From Girardia tigrina (lineage: Eukaryota), in NCBI GenBank assembly GCA_001938485.1, contig MQRK01220052.1, forward strand, positions 1 to 50,969: a stretch of 50,969 nucleotides of DNA, read 5' to 3'. Below, in pieces: positions 37,401-49,699 of the stretch. A program made the translations under genes and the position numbers. Every line of letters starts with the position of its first letter. Positions within the stretch are counted from its first letter, which is position 1. The notes beneath the pieces were generated by a model. The model did not search any database and had not been told where the DNA came from. It worked only from the letters and a program-made list of their open reading frames with translations.

Positions 37401-38929
37401 GTTGGGATTCCTGATGTCGTACCGGTCAGAGCGAAAATGCTTTATGTGGGATTGAAAGGTTGACTAAGGAAACATATGGTGGAAATCAAAATAGTCATTA
37501 GGGAACAACTACAAATTGATTACATTTATCTGATTGAACATCGCTCATCAGATTAGAAGGACTTTACAAATTGAACGATGGCGATAGTGAGATTTCCGGT
37601 AAATAATTAGTAACACATAACGACCCAGAAAGAGGACATCAACGCTGGAGTGCAGCGACCGTGTTGTATTCACTTTACATCCAACAAGCACCATTTATAA
37701 CTGCACTTCCATGGCTACCTTTTTAAATCATTTAGTACAACCATACCTATCACAACTATGTCTACCGCGTCCCTATTGAGATTGATATTGATGAATCCTT
37801 TACGGACAAAATAAATGTTACCCTTAAATTAAATATCACTGATAAATTCCAAGATATATGCTAATATAATTATTTTAAGCATATTTGAAGCACAGAAAAA
37901 ATAGCAAATTAGAAGAACGGAAACAGCTTTAGTATACTGTATTAAAGTCCTCGCATCTGCCCTCAAGGTTGAACATTCAGTCTGATAAAAGAAAGTAAAA
38001 TTTGTCGCTACCCTCCACAGAGATAATGTCCAATATCTCATGCAAATACTGGAACAATTATCCAATTATCCAGCCCCTGAATTATCCATTGTTGACCTAA
38101 ATAGTCAAGAGATTAACAAAACAAACTCAACCATTCAATATGTTGATGAAATCTTTATTTTCCTAAACATTGAAGATTCCAACTGGATCATCATGCTAGT
38201 TCCTTTTGATCTTTAGCAATCATTTTGAAAAAATGGCGAGGGAATGAACTCATCGTACTATAAGACTGCGCAAATTATTACAAAAATAACACTAAAATCA
38301 TTTAATATTAATTTATAAATTTTCTAATTTTTTTTTTCTAATCTATTTTATACATGTTTAATTATTCAACTCAGATTAACCACACTGACCGTTGGCCGCT
38401 AATTTGCTACTACATACTTCGTCAATGTTTCCCTGATCTCTTGCCCCATCTTTCCATTTTTCAGATTCATAAGATTCTCCTTTCTCTCTATTCTAACACG
38501 AATTCTGCGAAAAAAACTAAGAAAAAAAACTGAAAAGCTATGCCACACTTGCCAGATTGTCCTTACCAGAACCAGCACGTATTATGATTGTGATGACAGC
38601 TTGGATTTCTGCATAGAAAATGGCTGTTTTCCAACGGCTTTTATCCTTCTATTTGTACAATGTTGGATCGCTCTTAGCATGGTCTTACCAACAAACTATG
38701 AAAAGGCATCACTTTCAGATTTTAGAGATACTTGGACATAAGGTCGGAAATTTATTGCATTGCGGTTTAGTCAAGGAGAAGGAAGTATACTTTATTTCCA
38801 CTGGATACCACCAGGTGACTTGTATGAGCCAGACTCGTCAGCATCATCCAAGTCGGACAAATCTTTACAGGAAGAATCAGTGTGTTCACATCCATATCCT
38901 CAACATCATGTAAGTCCCCATCACTAATA

Positions 38930-41402
38930 CAGTTAACTCTATCTATTTTCACGAATTTGGAACCGAAAAAATTGAAAAAAAAGTGAAATTATAAAAATGG
39001 CTATGTAATTTCACATATATAATTTAATAAAAAAACAACACGAGTAAATATCATATTATATTATTAATCCACCAAATATCAAAAATTTACTTTAAAAATC
39101 CAATATAATCATAACAAGAAAATTCTCAAATCATACAGTCATAAAAATCCATAAATCAGAATAATCGAAGAGTGTCTTTTGCTTTGAATTTTTGCTTCTA
39201 ATTTGATTAACATCAATTTTTAATCTTTTTAATATTCTAATTTCATTATTGCTATTTTGTTCTTGTTCCTCTAAAAGTTTTATCGATGTGTTACATGTAT
39301 TTGTTGCTTTTTGATAAGTTGTGGGAATTATATGGCTCTGTGAAGATGACGATGCATTTGTTTCCAAAAATTCATCATCTAAATTGTTTGTTAATTCATC
39401 ATTATTTAACTCAACATTTAGTTTATACTCTTCTTTATCTATAACCTCTTCAATAGAAGTAAATTCTTCAACTGTCATTGGATTTTTAACATTAATCTTC
39501 TTAATAAAGTCTTCCGATTCTTTTTTGTCTTTTCGAGCAATGCTTGTCTTGTCCAATGAACTCAATTCAGACTTGATAAGTTTCGTATGCTTCCAACAAT
39601 TTTGAATCGTTTCAGTGGATACATCCTCTCACGCACCAATAATATATTTAATTGCGTGTCATAAATTAAGTTTATTATTAATAAAAACATTATTATCTGC
39701 CAAAGAATCAAGTAGATAATTTAAAAATCTTTTTCGATATTTTCTTTTGAATGATGCAATGATTCCCGGCATCGAGTGGTTTTAACCTTGCGGTTGTATT
39801 GGGTGGCAAAAAATGAACATTTATAGATTTTAAGTTTATATCATTAACATTATGTGGTAAGGTGTAGAAATAATAGAATCTTCATATTTTTATCTTTCTT
39901 GTAAATTTCATTATCAAATTTTGTAATCCATTCTCTAAATATTAATGTTGTCATCCACGCGTTTGTATTTGACTTGTAAATGAAAAAAAAGTTTTTCAAA
40001 TTAATATTCTTAAAATATCCTGTGTTTTGAGACTTACCTATGATGAGTGGCTCATATTTTAGTTTTCCCGTTACATTTGTCCATAAAGCTATAGTTATGT
40101 GCTATTTATCTTTTTTCTTACTAGCTATTCTCTTGGATACTAATTTGTTGTCAGACTCTTATCGGTAGTAAACTGCTGTTTCATCAAAATTATAAATATC
40201 ATTAGGATCGTATTGGTTTATTAAATTTAGGAAAATAGGTAAGGATTAGTCAACAAGATCTCCATCAACATTTCCTACCTCTCCGTGAATGTGTCATTTT
40301 TTAATCCCAAGTCTTTGTTTGAAACCTGAGAGGCATCCATCTGAAAAATTAATTCTTTCCTTTTCCGGAATGCGTAATTTATCACAAATTCTTTTTCCTT
40401 GATTAGAAAAAGAATCATCAATTATTATCAATCTCATTTCGTTTGTATAAAACTATTCAATCAAACTTTTTCTAATTGTGGATACCTGACATTACCAGTT
40501 CTAAATGAATTTGGATTCACTATCTGGCATATTTCGATATCAAATTGAGGAGAATTAATGATTTTAATCCAGGAAGCCAATTGTTCATGTTTTAGTTTCT
40601 TGTTCGCTTTGGAGTGTTTGTAGAGTTTTGTTTTTCCGCTTTGGTGAGTGAAACATTGGACTTTTAATATGGACCATGTTTTGATGGGTTTGGATTTGTT
40701 AAATTTATTTAAAAATTTTGAAATATTACAATATTAAAAATTTTAATATTACAAGCGCACTCACTATTTGACATCTCTCTTGATCAATATATTTCTGATT
40801 TCATACTAATTATTTTCAAAAAATGAAAATCTGTTAATAAAAATTATTAATTATAAAGAATCTAATTGGTTGAAATTAAATCTAAACATTTTTTTAAAAA
40901 AAGAACATATTATATTAATATATTAAAATTTTAAATTACATTAAAAACATAAATAATACATTCAAAAATTATTTTAAATCTTTTTTACTTTACAATTAAA
41001 TTAAATTATTTTTAATTAGTAAGAATCAAAGAAAACATCAATCATCCATTCGTGCAGGAGAGGCACAATCCGAATCAACATTTTACATGCACAAATATCA
41101 ACACACAATTCAAAACATTCCTCACAATATTAAATTGATTGAAATATTTAAACAATGATGACAAATTATTTTTCAAAAGTCAAATATACGTAATTTATCA
41201 CAGATTCTTTTTCCTTTATTAGAAAACATTTCATCAATTATTATCAATTTCATCAAATTTTATTAGGTTAGTGTGAAATTATCAAATTTTGAAATTAAAA
41301 AATTTTTAAGCCTAAAAACATAAAGACATGATTTTTTTCGAAAAAAGTGTGTAATTGTCTAATTGTAAAATTATCGAGTGTGAAAATAGATAGAGTTGAC
41401 TG
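38930..41402 (-). mobile_element. pogo/Tigger (CENP-B-like DDE_1) transposon, decayed
   Basis: TIR CAGTTAACTCTATCTATTTTCAC / GTGAAAATAGATAGAGTTGACTG, TA TSD; FSDGCL..FKQR, HGEVG, IYNFDETA, HFLPPNTTARLKPLD at about 39131-40680. Confidence 0.93.
40760..41126 (-). repeat. Gypsy LTR copy inserted in the pogo element
   Basis: TGTGAGGAATGTTTT start and TTGTGCCTCTCCTGCACGAATGGATG motif; left boundary approximate. Confidence 0.65.
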
Positions 41403-41869
41403 TATCACTTTCATTGTCTCCACAGTCATGTCCTTCAATATCATCAGTAATGAAATCGTATTCTTCAACTTTCTCTTTCTTGCCCAGACTCTCTTCATAA
41501 TCATTGATACCGAAGATGTTGTCTATGGCTACTGACATCGTAACTCGTCTCGGCATAGTGTGTTGTTCAACTAAAAAGATATAGATTTTAGGAAATCATC
41601 TATTTCATTTTTGGACGTAATTACACCCTCTTATTTCAACGGGCCCATCACCGGAACGACGAGCATTACCAATAACAGGGTTTGCGATTCCTGTAATACC
41701 TCTTCCTAATCCAAGGCCTCCTTCATTATTCTTTTGTTCAATCAAAAATATAAAATATGTGATCATTTACAAAATCAGATCTTAGAAAATAACTTACGGT
41801 CGGTGAAACAACTCACTGAGACTGCTTCAAACCTCTACCATAACCATAAATATTTATTATTTTGCAAGA

Positions 41870-42445
41870 CGCAAAGATGCTCGACTTTTATAGCTGATAT
41901 ATCAATGTGAAATAACGGTTCTGGCACTTAAGATATGAAGTTCTCGATGAAGCCATAGGTGAACGGTTCACAATCATAATTCTTGTCCTACTGTTGACAA
42001 GTATTGAAATGCAAAAGAAGTGCGACCATAAAGAAGTTACCTCGAGTTTTCGTGATAACTTTGTTTATACTTTCAATGAAGGGGATTACTGTAACATTTA
42101 TAGTTTTTTTATGGGCATCCCGGTAAAGAATTAAAGATGTAAGCATTCTTCTGAGTACAACAAAGGGTAAACCAATAAAAATTTTCATGGTTTATCAGAA
42201 CAATGCAACAGCATTTCGGAGAAGTCATTCTCTCCATGAAAGGTGCAAGAGATGAACCAATTCGAAAAAGTTAAGACATTGCCAGGTTTCACAATACTAT
42301 CAACGAAATTGTTGATATCAGTATCATCGAACCAGTACCGCGAATCTTGTGGTCTTTCTACAATTTCACCGGTATCAGAAAGGGTAGTGCCACCCTGTCA
42401 ATTTTGTGTTCTCCTTTGACCTCTTTTTCTAGAGGTAGTAGGCAT
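41870..42445 (-). pseudogene. Ulp1/C48 SUMO-protease-like domain, degenerate
   Basis: YWFDDTDINNF (cf. WLNDEVINFY) and CQQ*DKNYDCEPFTYGF (cf. PQQxNxxDCGVF); catalytic His region not legible. Confidence 0.6.
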
Positions 42446-43521
42446 TTTTGTTTAGGATAATATGGATGTGAAGGAATTATCAGAAAATTCTCCCTCCTCA
42501 GAAATTAGCTCATTACTTGCTGTGCATTTTTGGGAAAAAAACATACGGTTCTTGAGACTTATCCATGTCAACGTCTTCAAATTTACTGAATAATTTATCT
42601 TCCATTTGAGTGAAAGTTATAACTGGAGGGGCATGGCAGAAGGAATAATATTATTAATTTTAAGATTTTACTTTCCCAAATGTGTATCGACGATAGACAC
42701 ATTGTTAGCATAAAGATTTTGACTATACCATTATTGTCAAGTTTTATCTTATGTGTCATTATAATATTTTTTAGTTTTTTGATTTTTACATAATATCAGC
42801 TGTGAGGAGTTTACATGGGTTTTCAAGCAGTTTTTGACGCAGCTTTTTAGTAATAATATCCATGGCAACCGCCGAAGTTTGTTTAGACTTGATTTCCTTG
42901 AAATCCGAAAAAAACTTCATCACTTAACATGCGGACAGCAATAGCAAAACCGTTGCAGTTTTTGTGACATCTATCACAAATAGTTTCTATGATATTAGTT
43001 AATCTTTCAATCGTAAATGTATGGGAGATGTAAATAACTACAGCCGCCTTCCAGGACGGCGGGCATGGAATACCGATATCAAACGCTATAAGGAGTAATC
43101 TATCCAACTATCGTGGCTCGATAGGTTCGGTAGTATGAATATCCGTCGCAAGAAAATACAAGTTTCTGACGAAGTTTCTGCTTAACTTAACTCTTCTTTG
43201 AGAATGATTACTTTCCTTGCTAGATAGAAAACTCACAAAATTAATCTTTTCTATGTGAACAATTGTCCATGCTACATGCAATTTTTTCCTAATCAAATCA
43301 AGAGAAAAATGAAAAACGGTCTGGTTACAGTCTCATCAAAAGTTGCTGGTGTAAAATGAACCTCTTTATCAGAACAACTGGGATGATCCTCTTTTTTATC
43401 AACTTCATATCTAACATCATTAGGTGGATTATTTGAAATATCATCAACAATATCTTTATAATCATGGCATTCGGAACATCCCGAGTAATCCGTTAAAATT
43501 TAAATAAGTTATTTTCCGCGT

Positions 43522-43640
43522 GTTTTTATCACGTTTTACTTAGTTTCGTTTCTTGTCTGTCTGTCTGTTTGTCTTTCTGTCTGTCTGGAACAAATCTTGC
43601 GATTGATTTTTCGACCACTTTCAGTCATCCAATTAAGCTG
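43522..43640 (+). mobile_element. Helentron/DINE-like end with GTCT microsatellite
   Basis: TTTTTATCACGTTTT followed by (GTCT)n. Confidence 0.4.
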
Positions 43641-43754
43641 AATTTTTTTATACAGGCTTGCTTCCGATGACAATACAATATTTTAAAACATTTACGGCTC
43701 TACATAAACTGCATATGCTATAATTTAACTTTATGAAAATTTTAATTTTATGAA

Positions 43755-44430
43755 AAAATTTAAAAAATAATGGCAAAATTTTATAATTAAGAACGCCATT
43801 AAAATCAAATTTTATTGCAATATATTTCGGTGGATTTTCCACCATCTTCAGGCTGAATTAACAATAATTTCGCTGTCTTATATATAGCAAATTGATGATT
43901 ATGCAAACATNNNNNNNNATAACTAATTAAATATTTTCAACAAATTGGAAGAGAGACTTGTTTGGACATTAATGGACGGATTAAGTGATTTAATCAATAA
44001 TGCCTCACAAGTAACTCTTTCCCAATAATTTTTAAAATTTCTGCACAATATTTTAAAATTAGTTGTTTTCACCTCCGACTTACAACCCTTCATATGTCCA
44101 GCAATATTACTCCCACTACCCAATCGTCCATGCTCCTGAATCCGTTTACAGAGATGACGAGACGTCTCTCCAATGTATGTAGCGTTGCACCCATTACACG
44201 AAAATTCATAAACCAGATTGGAACATAAACTCAAAGGAGTACGAGATTTATTGCTGAACATACTTTGAATTTTATAAGATTTAGAAATTATTTTTAAATT
44301 CAAATTTTTATTATCGATTGATTTTAAAATAGATGATTTCAATTTTTTGTAACCTTCTGAATAAGGAACGATTAGCGAATATCCAATTGCCCCACGTTTT
44401 TGGTTAGGTATAAAATTTTTCACATGTCTA
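43755..44430 (-). mobile_element. Penelope-like element 3' part: GIY-YIG endonuclease and pseudo-LTR
   Basis: ORF 43923-44423 NLVYEFSCNGCNATYIGETSRHLCKRIQEH..EALLIKSLNPSINVQ. Confidence 0.93.
43818..43855 (-). ncRNA. minimal hammerhead-ribozyme-like motif
   Basis: CTGAAGATGGTGGAAAATCCACCGAAATATA on minus strand. Confidence 0.55.
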
Positions 44431-45899
44431 GAAAAAAATTATTTTCCTCTTTTAGTGCATTGGTAATGCTTGAAAAACGTGGTTGTTTTTATAAAAAATT
44501 TTTTTATTAATAATATTATTTATTATTTTTTTAATTTTAAAATTAATCCAATTTTATTTTAAAAATTTTCAATATAAATTTAAAAAATTTTAATTATATA
44601 TATCTTACAATTTATCTCGAGTTTGCTTGTCGAGCGCGATATCAATATTTTCGGTAATATTAAAACTTCTAAAAAATAGTTGGTTGTTAAAAAAAATTTC
44701 AATTGTGTCATTAAAAGAAAACTGAAAATTTTTTTTAAAAAAAGCTTCTGAGGATTTATTCTTTAAAAATAAATCTAAAAGTCCCTGCGTTTTTTTAAAA
44801 TTCTTAGTTTTAATTTCTTTGTTGAAAAAAATATTAATATCATTTTCAATATCGTACGATTTAATATGCTTATCAAAATTAAAATTAAATGGCTTTTTTC
44901 TCAATAAAAATATTAAAAGTATTCAATAATAAACTAATATCCTTTAAATGAAATAAATTATTTACGATGTATCCTTGTTGATTCAATCGGGACTTGTGAA
45001 CATTTTTATCCGTTGGTTGGGACCAGTTACTGGTTTGATCGCTTTGATTATCAATTAAATTGTGTTGATAGATTTGGTTCCCAGTTTTATTATCGGTTTG
45101 TCCAGTTGTGAGGTCAATTTGAAGAGACCGGGATTTATCATTATCAGTTATTTTCTTTTTGAATTGCAATCGGTCCGCTTTCATCGTTATACAAGCATTC
45201 ATCAAGCTAATAAAGGCTGGTCCAATGGGTATGCATGCGCTAATTTTTATATATTCAGAATCTACTCATTAAGACGAACCTTTTGATATATAAAATGTCG
45301 GATCTAAAAGTCTCGCATCATAACGTAATTATGTATTAAAGGTCAAATTAAATACCTTCGGAATTCTTAATGAAATTGGACTCATTTTGTGGACATTTTT
45401 TATGCTGATTACGAATATGCGATTTATTTTGCAATATATTTTATTATTATCAAGTTATTAAAAAATAATTTTTTAAATTCAAAATTTTTATTGAATAAAT
45501 ATTATTAAATAATTGAAGATTATTAAAAAGATAAAATCAATTCATTTTCAATAAATGAGGTTTTTAAAATATTCTTCACCTGCTGTTACAACGTGTTGAA
45601 GACGGTATTTAAAATTTCCAATAGTTTTCGCAATTATTTCTTGATCAATGTAATGATATAATTTCATTTCATAAAATTAAATTATACACTTCAAAAAAGA
45701 AAGAAATTAAAATAAAGTAATTATTTCTTGTTTAAATAAACCGATTTTAATAAAATGAAATTAACAAAAGAAGTTTTCTGTGACCGACAACATGTATCTG
45801 AAAATTTATCTCGTCACGAAAAAATCTCGATGCATATAGAAAATTGTACTGCATGTTAAAATTTAGAAATAAATTTAAAAAAAAATTAACCATTGATAA

Positions 45900-46620
45900 A
45901 AAGTTGGAATGATATTATGATTCTGAAAAAAACTTGTCACCTGTAGTACAATTTCTTGCGGAACAAGGATTGGCTTTTAGAGGACATTCTAACACTTTGT
46001 ATAACAAAAATAACGGAAATTTTCTTAATTGTATCGAAATGATTGCGAAAATTGATGACATAATGACATATCATATTAAAATAATTAACAAATCAATCAC
46101 TTAAAAAAAACAAATGCCACATTACTTAGGACAGTGGTTTCCAACATTTTTGTACTGGCACCTTCCTTTAAAAAACAAATTGTTGATTCATTTTTTGTGA
46201 CACCAATTCGATTTTTTTGGTTTATATTCGAAAATAATATTTTGGAAACAGCTGCATACCCCCACTTGCAACGGTCTCCCGCCCCCCTGAGGGGTGCCCC
46301 CACAGGTTGGAAAGTTTTTTAATGGAAACCACTGACTTAGGAAACACTTTCAGAATGAAATAATTACTATCCTTAGTGATCAAAAAAGAAAACATATTTT
46401 AATGTCGATAAAAGATGCAAAATATTTTTCAGTTATTTTAGATTCCACACCAGATACTGAGCATTGTGAACAAATGTCAATGGTATTTAGATATATACAT
46501 TTTCTAAATGATGAGATTGTATTAGAGAAAATTTTCTAGGATTTTTCAACGATGAAAGTATGACTGGTGAGGCTTTTTATGACTTCTTATTACAAAAACT
46601 AAACGATTTCGACTTAAGTA
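45900..46620 (+). pseudogene. hAT transposase relic (ZMYM1/DUF4371-like), split by a MITE
   Basis: QFLAEQGLAFRGH..NNGNFL, FQNEII, KYFSVILDSTPD..HCEQMSMVFRY. Confidence 0.9.
46132..46334. mobile_element. hAT (Charlie-like) MITE
   Basis: TIR CAGTGGTTTCCA / TGGAAACCACTG, perfect 8-bp TSD ACTTAGGA. Confidence 0.93.
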
Positions 46621-46639
46621 GAACGAGGGGTAGAGTCTG

Positions 46640-49000
46640 TATCCGTTCTTTGTCTGCATTTGTTGAGCCGGATCGAAGAGCTTATTTGTGTGCCTGGTGT
46701 AGTCGTTCTAGTTTGCCGTTACTTTGTGGGTGATATGGAGTGGTGTGTTTGTTCAATGTCGTATCGGTAGCACAGATTTCGGAAATCTGTTGATATGAAC
46801 TGTCTCCAATTGTCACTGATAATTTGCTCTGGTGTACCGAAACGCGATATCCATTCTTTTTCTATGATATCAGTAACTTCTTTAGCCCCGATATCCCGCA
46901 TGGGAAGACTTCCACCAACATGTGTCGCGGTCGATCATGGTCAAGAGGAACTTCTTTCCTCTGATTTCTTTGAGAGGTCCAACTAGGTAGATGAGAATCA
47001 CTCAGAGTTTTCCTCTGTTCGTGATAAGGTCATGTTGGTGCGTCTTGTGACTTTATTGACCTGGCAATTTTGACAATTTCTGATCCATTTTCAAATTTCA
47101 CTCTTCTTGTAAGGCGACACATAACGTTTAGTCAAGAGTTTAATTGTAGCCTTTGCTCTTCTATGATATCAACAAATTTCCTCTGATTTTCTTTCGATTC
47201 ATCACGATCGTTTCGTCGATTTTTGAACCGGTCGCGGCTGTCGTCATCGGAATCGTCTCGTTAATTGTGGCGGGAATTTCCGGATCGAATGTATCATCGA
47301 CAAATCAAATCAACAGACTCAATTTGCCGACATTTCTTTCACCGATAATCAGAATATTCAATATCGTAATAAAAGCCTCTATAATTTTTCTGAATTGGAT
47401 CCGAGAAATTTGATTGAACTCAAAAACTGAGAATCGAATCCGATGAGTTGCTGAATTTCCACTTCCATCATTCAATTTCAAACCATCGCAAACTTTATGA
47501 GAGACAAACATGGCGACTCAAAATTCAATTTTATTTAAATTTCCAGTCAAAAACTCGCGCCAAACAAAAATTTATTATTTCATTTAAACAAATCTAATAA
47601 TTTTTTCATATAATTTACAAACAAAAACAGTATTTTTTCAAATAATACAATTAATTTTTTTCAGCAATAATTGTGATCAAAATAACTTAAATTTAATTTT
47701 TTTTCACTTTCAAAATTCCTCAAACAAGGAGTCTGTAATCACCGCACCATAACGAGAGGAGGGGACCAGTCACTGTTGCTCTCTCGTATAATGCCGCCTT
47801 TAAGTAGCAAATCCAACTGTATTCAAACAATTCATAAGCTGCTTTCGAGAAAATGGTGGACCTGATGTTTGAATGGAAAGTGGTGGTAGGCTGATCAGGT
47901 TTTGTATTTCCATCGGCTTCCGGAGCAGTTTTTAATTTTTGCAGTCTATCAGAAGCTTGAATTTGGCTAAATAATCGGAGCTCAAGATTGGTCGGCGAAC
48001 GTCTGCGACTGTGAATCTCCATGGGAAGTCTTCATTTAATACTGGAATATGGAACTTAAGAAGTTTCTCACCGAATGTTTTGATTTTGGCATTGTTGGTG
48101 GATATTAATGCGCGACTAGTTGCTGTTGAGTCTGGCAGAAAAGTAGCTTGAGGTAAAACGCTAATATCTGCTCCTGAATCGTTAAAAAATGAACATACTA
48201 ATTTTTGGACGTGGCAGGGATGATGGAAATAACGTTGATCTTCATCTTGTATCGAAAGAGATTTTTAGGGTACTTAGTGTTCGAATTCAATGGGTCCCTA
48301 GCTCTTTTCCTGGAAAGTTTTCTGCTCTGTAGGAGCACGGTGTTTAACATTTACCCGTTAATTTACCAAATCTTTGATGATAGAAACACAGTCATGATTC
48401 ATCGGTGTGAGATTTGCTGAGTCGATTCTTTATACAATTGATTATCGATTTAATCTCTTCTATTGCCATGTTAGAAGACTGATTTTTGGGCACGATTGTT
48501 ATCAATTGCGTATCATTTAAGGAGAAATGATCATCGGCTTTGACACTGAGTGCCTCCAGACTGAGCGATTGGAAAATTATCAGGTGGTGTCTAATTAAAG
48601 TTGGGAGAGCAGCTAAGAATTGCTGCTTGATTAATTAACACTTGTTTAGATCTGCATTGGGTTGGATTATTCGGTGGAATTTCTTTAATTCGTCTAGCAA
48701 TTTGATGGGTTTCAATTGATGTTCGGTTCCGAGTTCGGTCAAGAGGCGTAAAGCTTGGGCTGCAGTCATCGTATTTTCCTTTGGAGAGCCTGTTTCAGTT
48801 TTCCATATGAATAATTGCAGGAAGGATCCATGGCTGATGTATGTGTATCCAGAATTTCAGGAGGTAGGCTGGTGAGAACATGGAAATATTTTGTCTTCTG
48901 GCTGGAAATGTTTTCCAGTTCGAATGCGGCTTTGACTTGAATGAACCAGTTAGCAATATTTTTGCGAATCTGACTTGAATGTGACTGGACTCAGTCACTT
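46640..49000 (-). mobile_element. decayed Gypsy element (gag, protease, integrase; RT/RNase H missing)
   Basis: gag-like LKPIKLLDELK..QQFLAALP..LEALSVKAD, DSGADISVLP at about 48150-48185, KATIKLLTKRY..CQNCQ, WISRFGTPEQIISD. Confidence 0.85.
47263..47385 (-). pseudogene. RAB18: Rab18 N-terminal fragment
   Basis: ITILNILIIGERNVGKLSLLI*FVDDTFDPEIPATI versus Rab18 [36 protein letters not shown]. Confidence 0.85.
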
Positions 49001-49098
49001 TTCTAACACCGATGTAGTCACTTTGATCCATAATTAAAAATAATCTAAATAACGCCTCTTAATAAATATTTATTTTTATGAAATTCTATTTATTTAAA

Positions 49099-49101
<3 letters not shown>

Positions 49102-49144
<43 letters not shown>
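49102..49144. repeat. (TA)n microsatellite
   Basis: direct reading. Confidence 0.95.
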
Positions 49145-49148
<4 letters not shown>

Positions 49149-49699
49149 AAATTATTTCATTTTTAAAATTAAACTATATTTGTTTGATATCAAGATTTAG
49201 GAATTAGGATTATGACTATATATTTAACGATTTTTACTAACTTGATGAAGATAAAAGATGTTGCAAAATAAATCTTTTATTCTTAATCTGCATAAAAAAG
49301 ATCCACAAAATGAAACCATTTTTATTGCGAAATTCGAAGTTACATAATTTGACCTCTATTACATAATTGCGCAATGATGCGACTTTTGAACTCCACATGT
49401 TACATACTAAAATGTTCTTCTTGATGAGTAGATTCTGAATATGTAAAAAATTATAGCATGCGTACCCATTAGGCCACCCTGTAGGATTGTCGATCAATTG
49501 TTCATATTTTTTGTTCTTCGTCAATTGATCCGATGGAAATCTCGATAACAGTTCGCCTTCTTCTTTGGTAAAAAAAGAAATATTCAATTGCATATTGATT
49601 CGTAGAACACGTGTTTCTTCGCTGTATTCAAAAAAATTTTTTTTAGCAAAATGCTGAAATTAAATGCAGGTTTTGGTTCAGATCATGAACATCTTTATC

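Larger units (their letters stand above)
38530..41556 (-). pseudogene. piggyBac transposase N-terminal part, interrupted by a pogo element
   Basis: removing 38930-41402 plus one TA restores ..GDNESD|ISDGDLHDVED..; then YKSPGGIQWK..DAFS*FVGKTMLRAIQHCTNRR..EIQAVITIIIRAG..KDNLASVA*LF (DDE_Tnp_1_7-like start). Confidence 0.75.

Noticed and set aside
42883-43107. IIETICDRC as a second BIG-like fragment
   Set aside because: Only a six-residue resemblance; surrounding sequence does not align to BIG
44605-45205. ORFs of 99 and 106 aa
   Set aside because: Low-complexity K/N/F- or Q/T/N-rich frames without assignable homology
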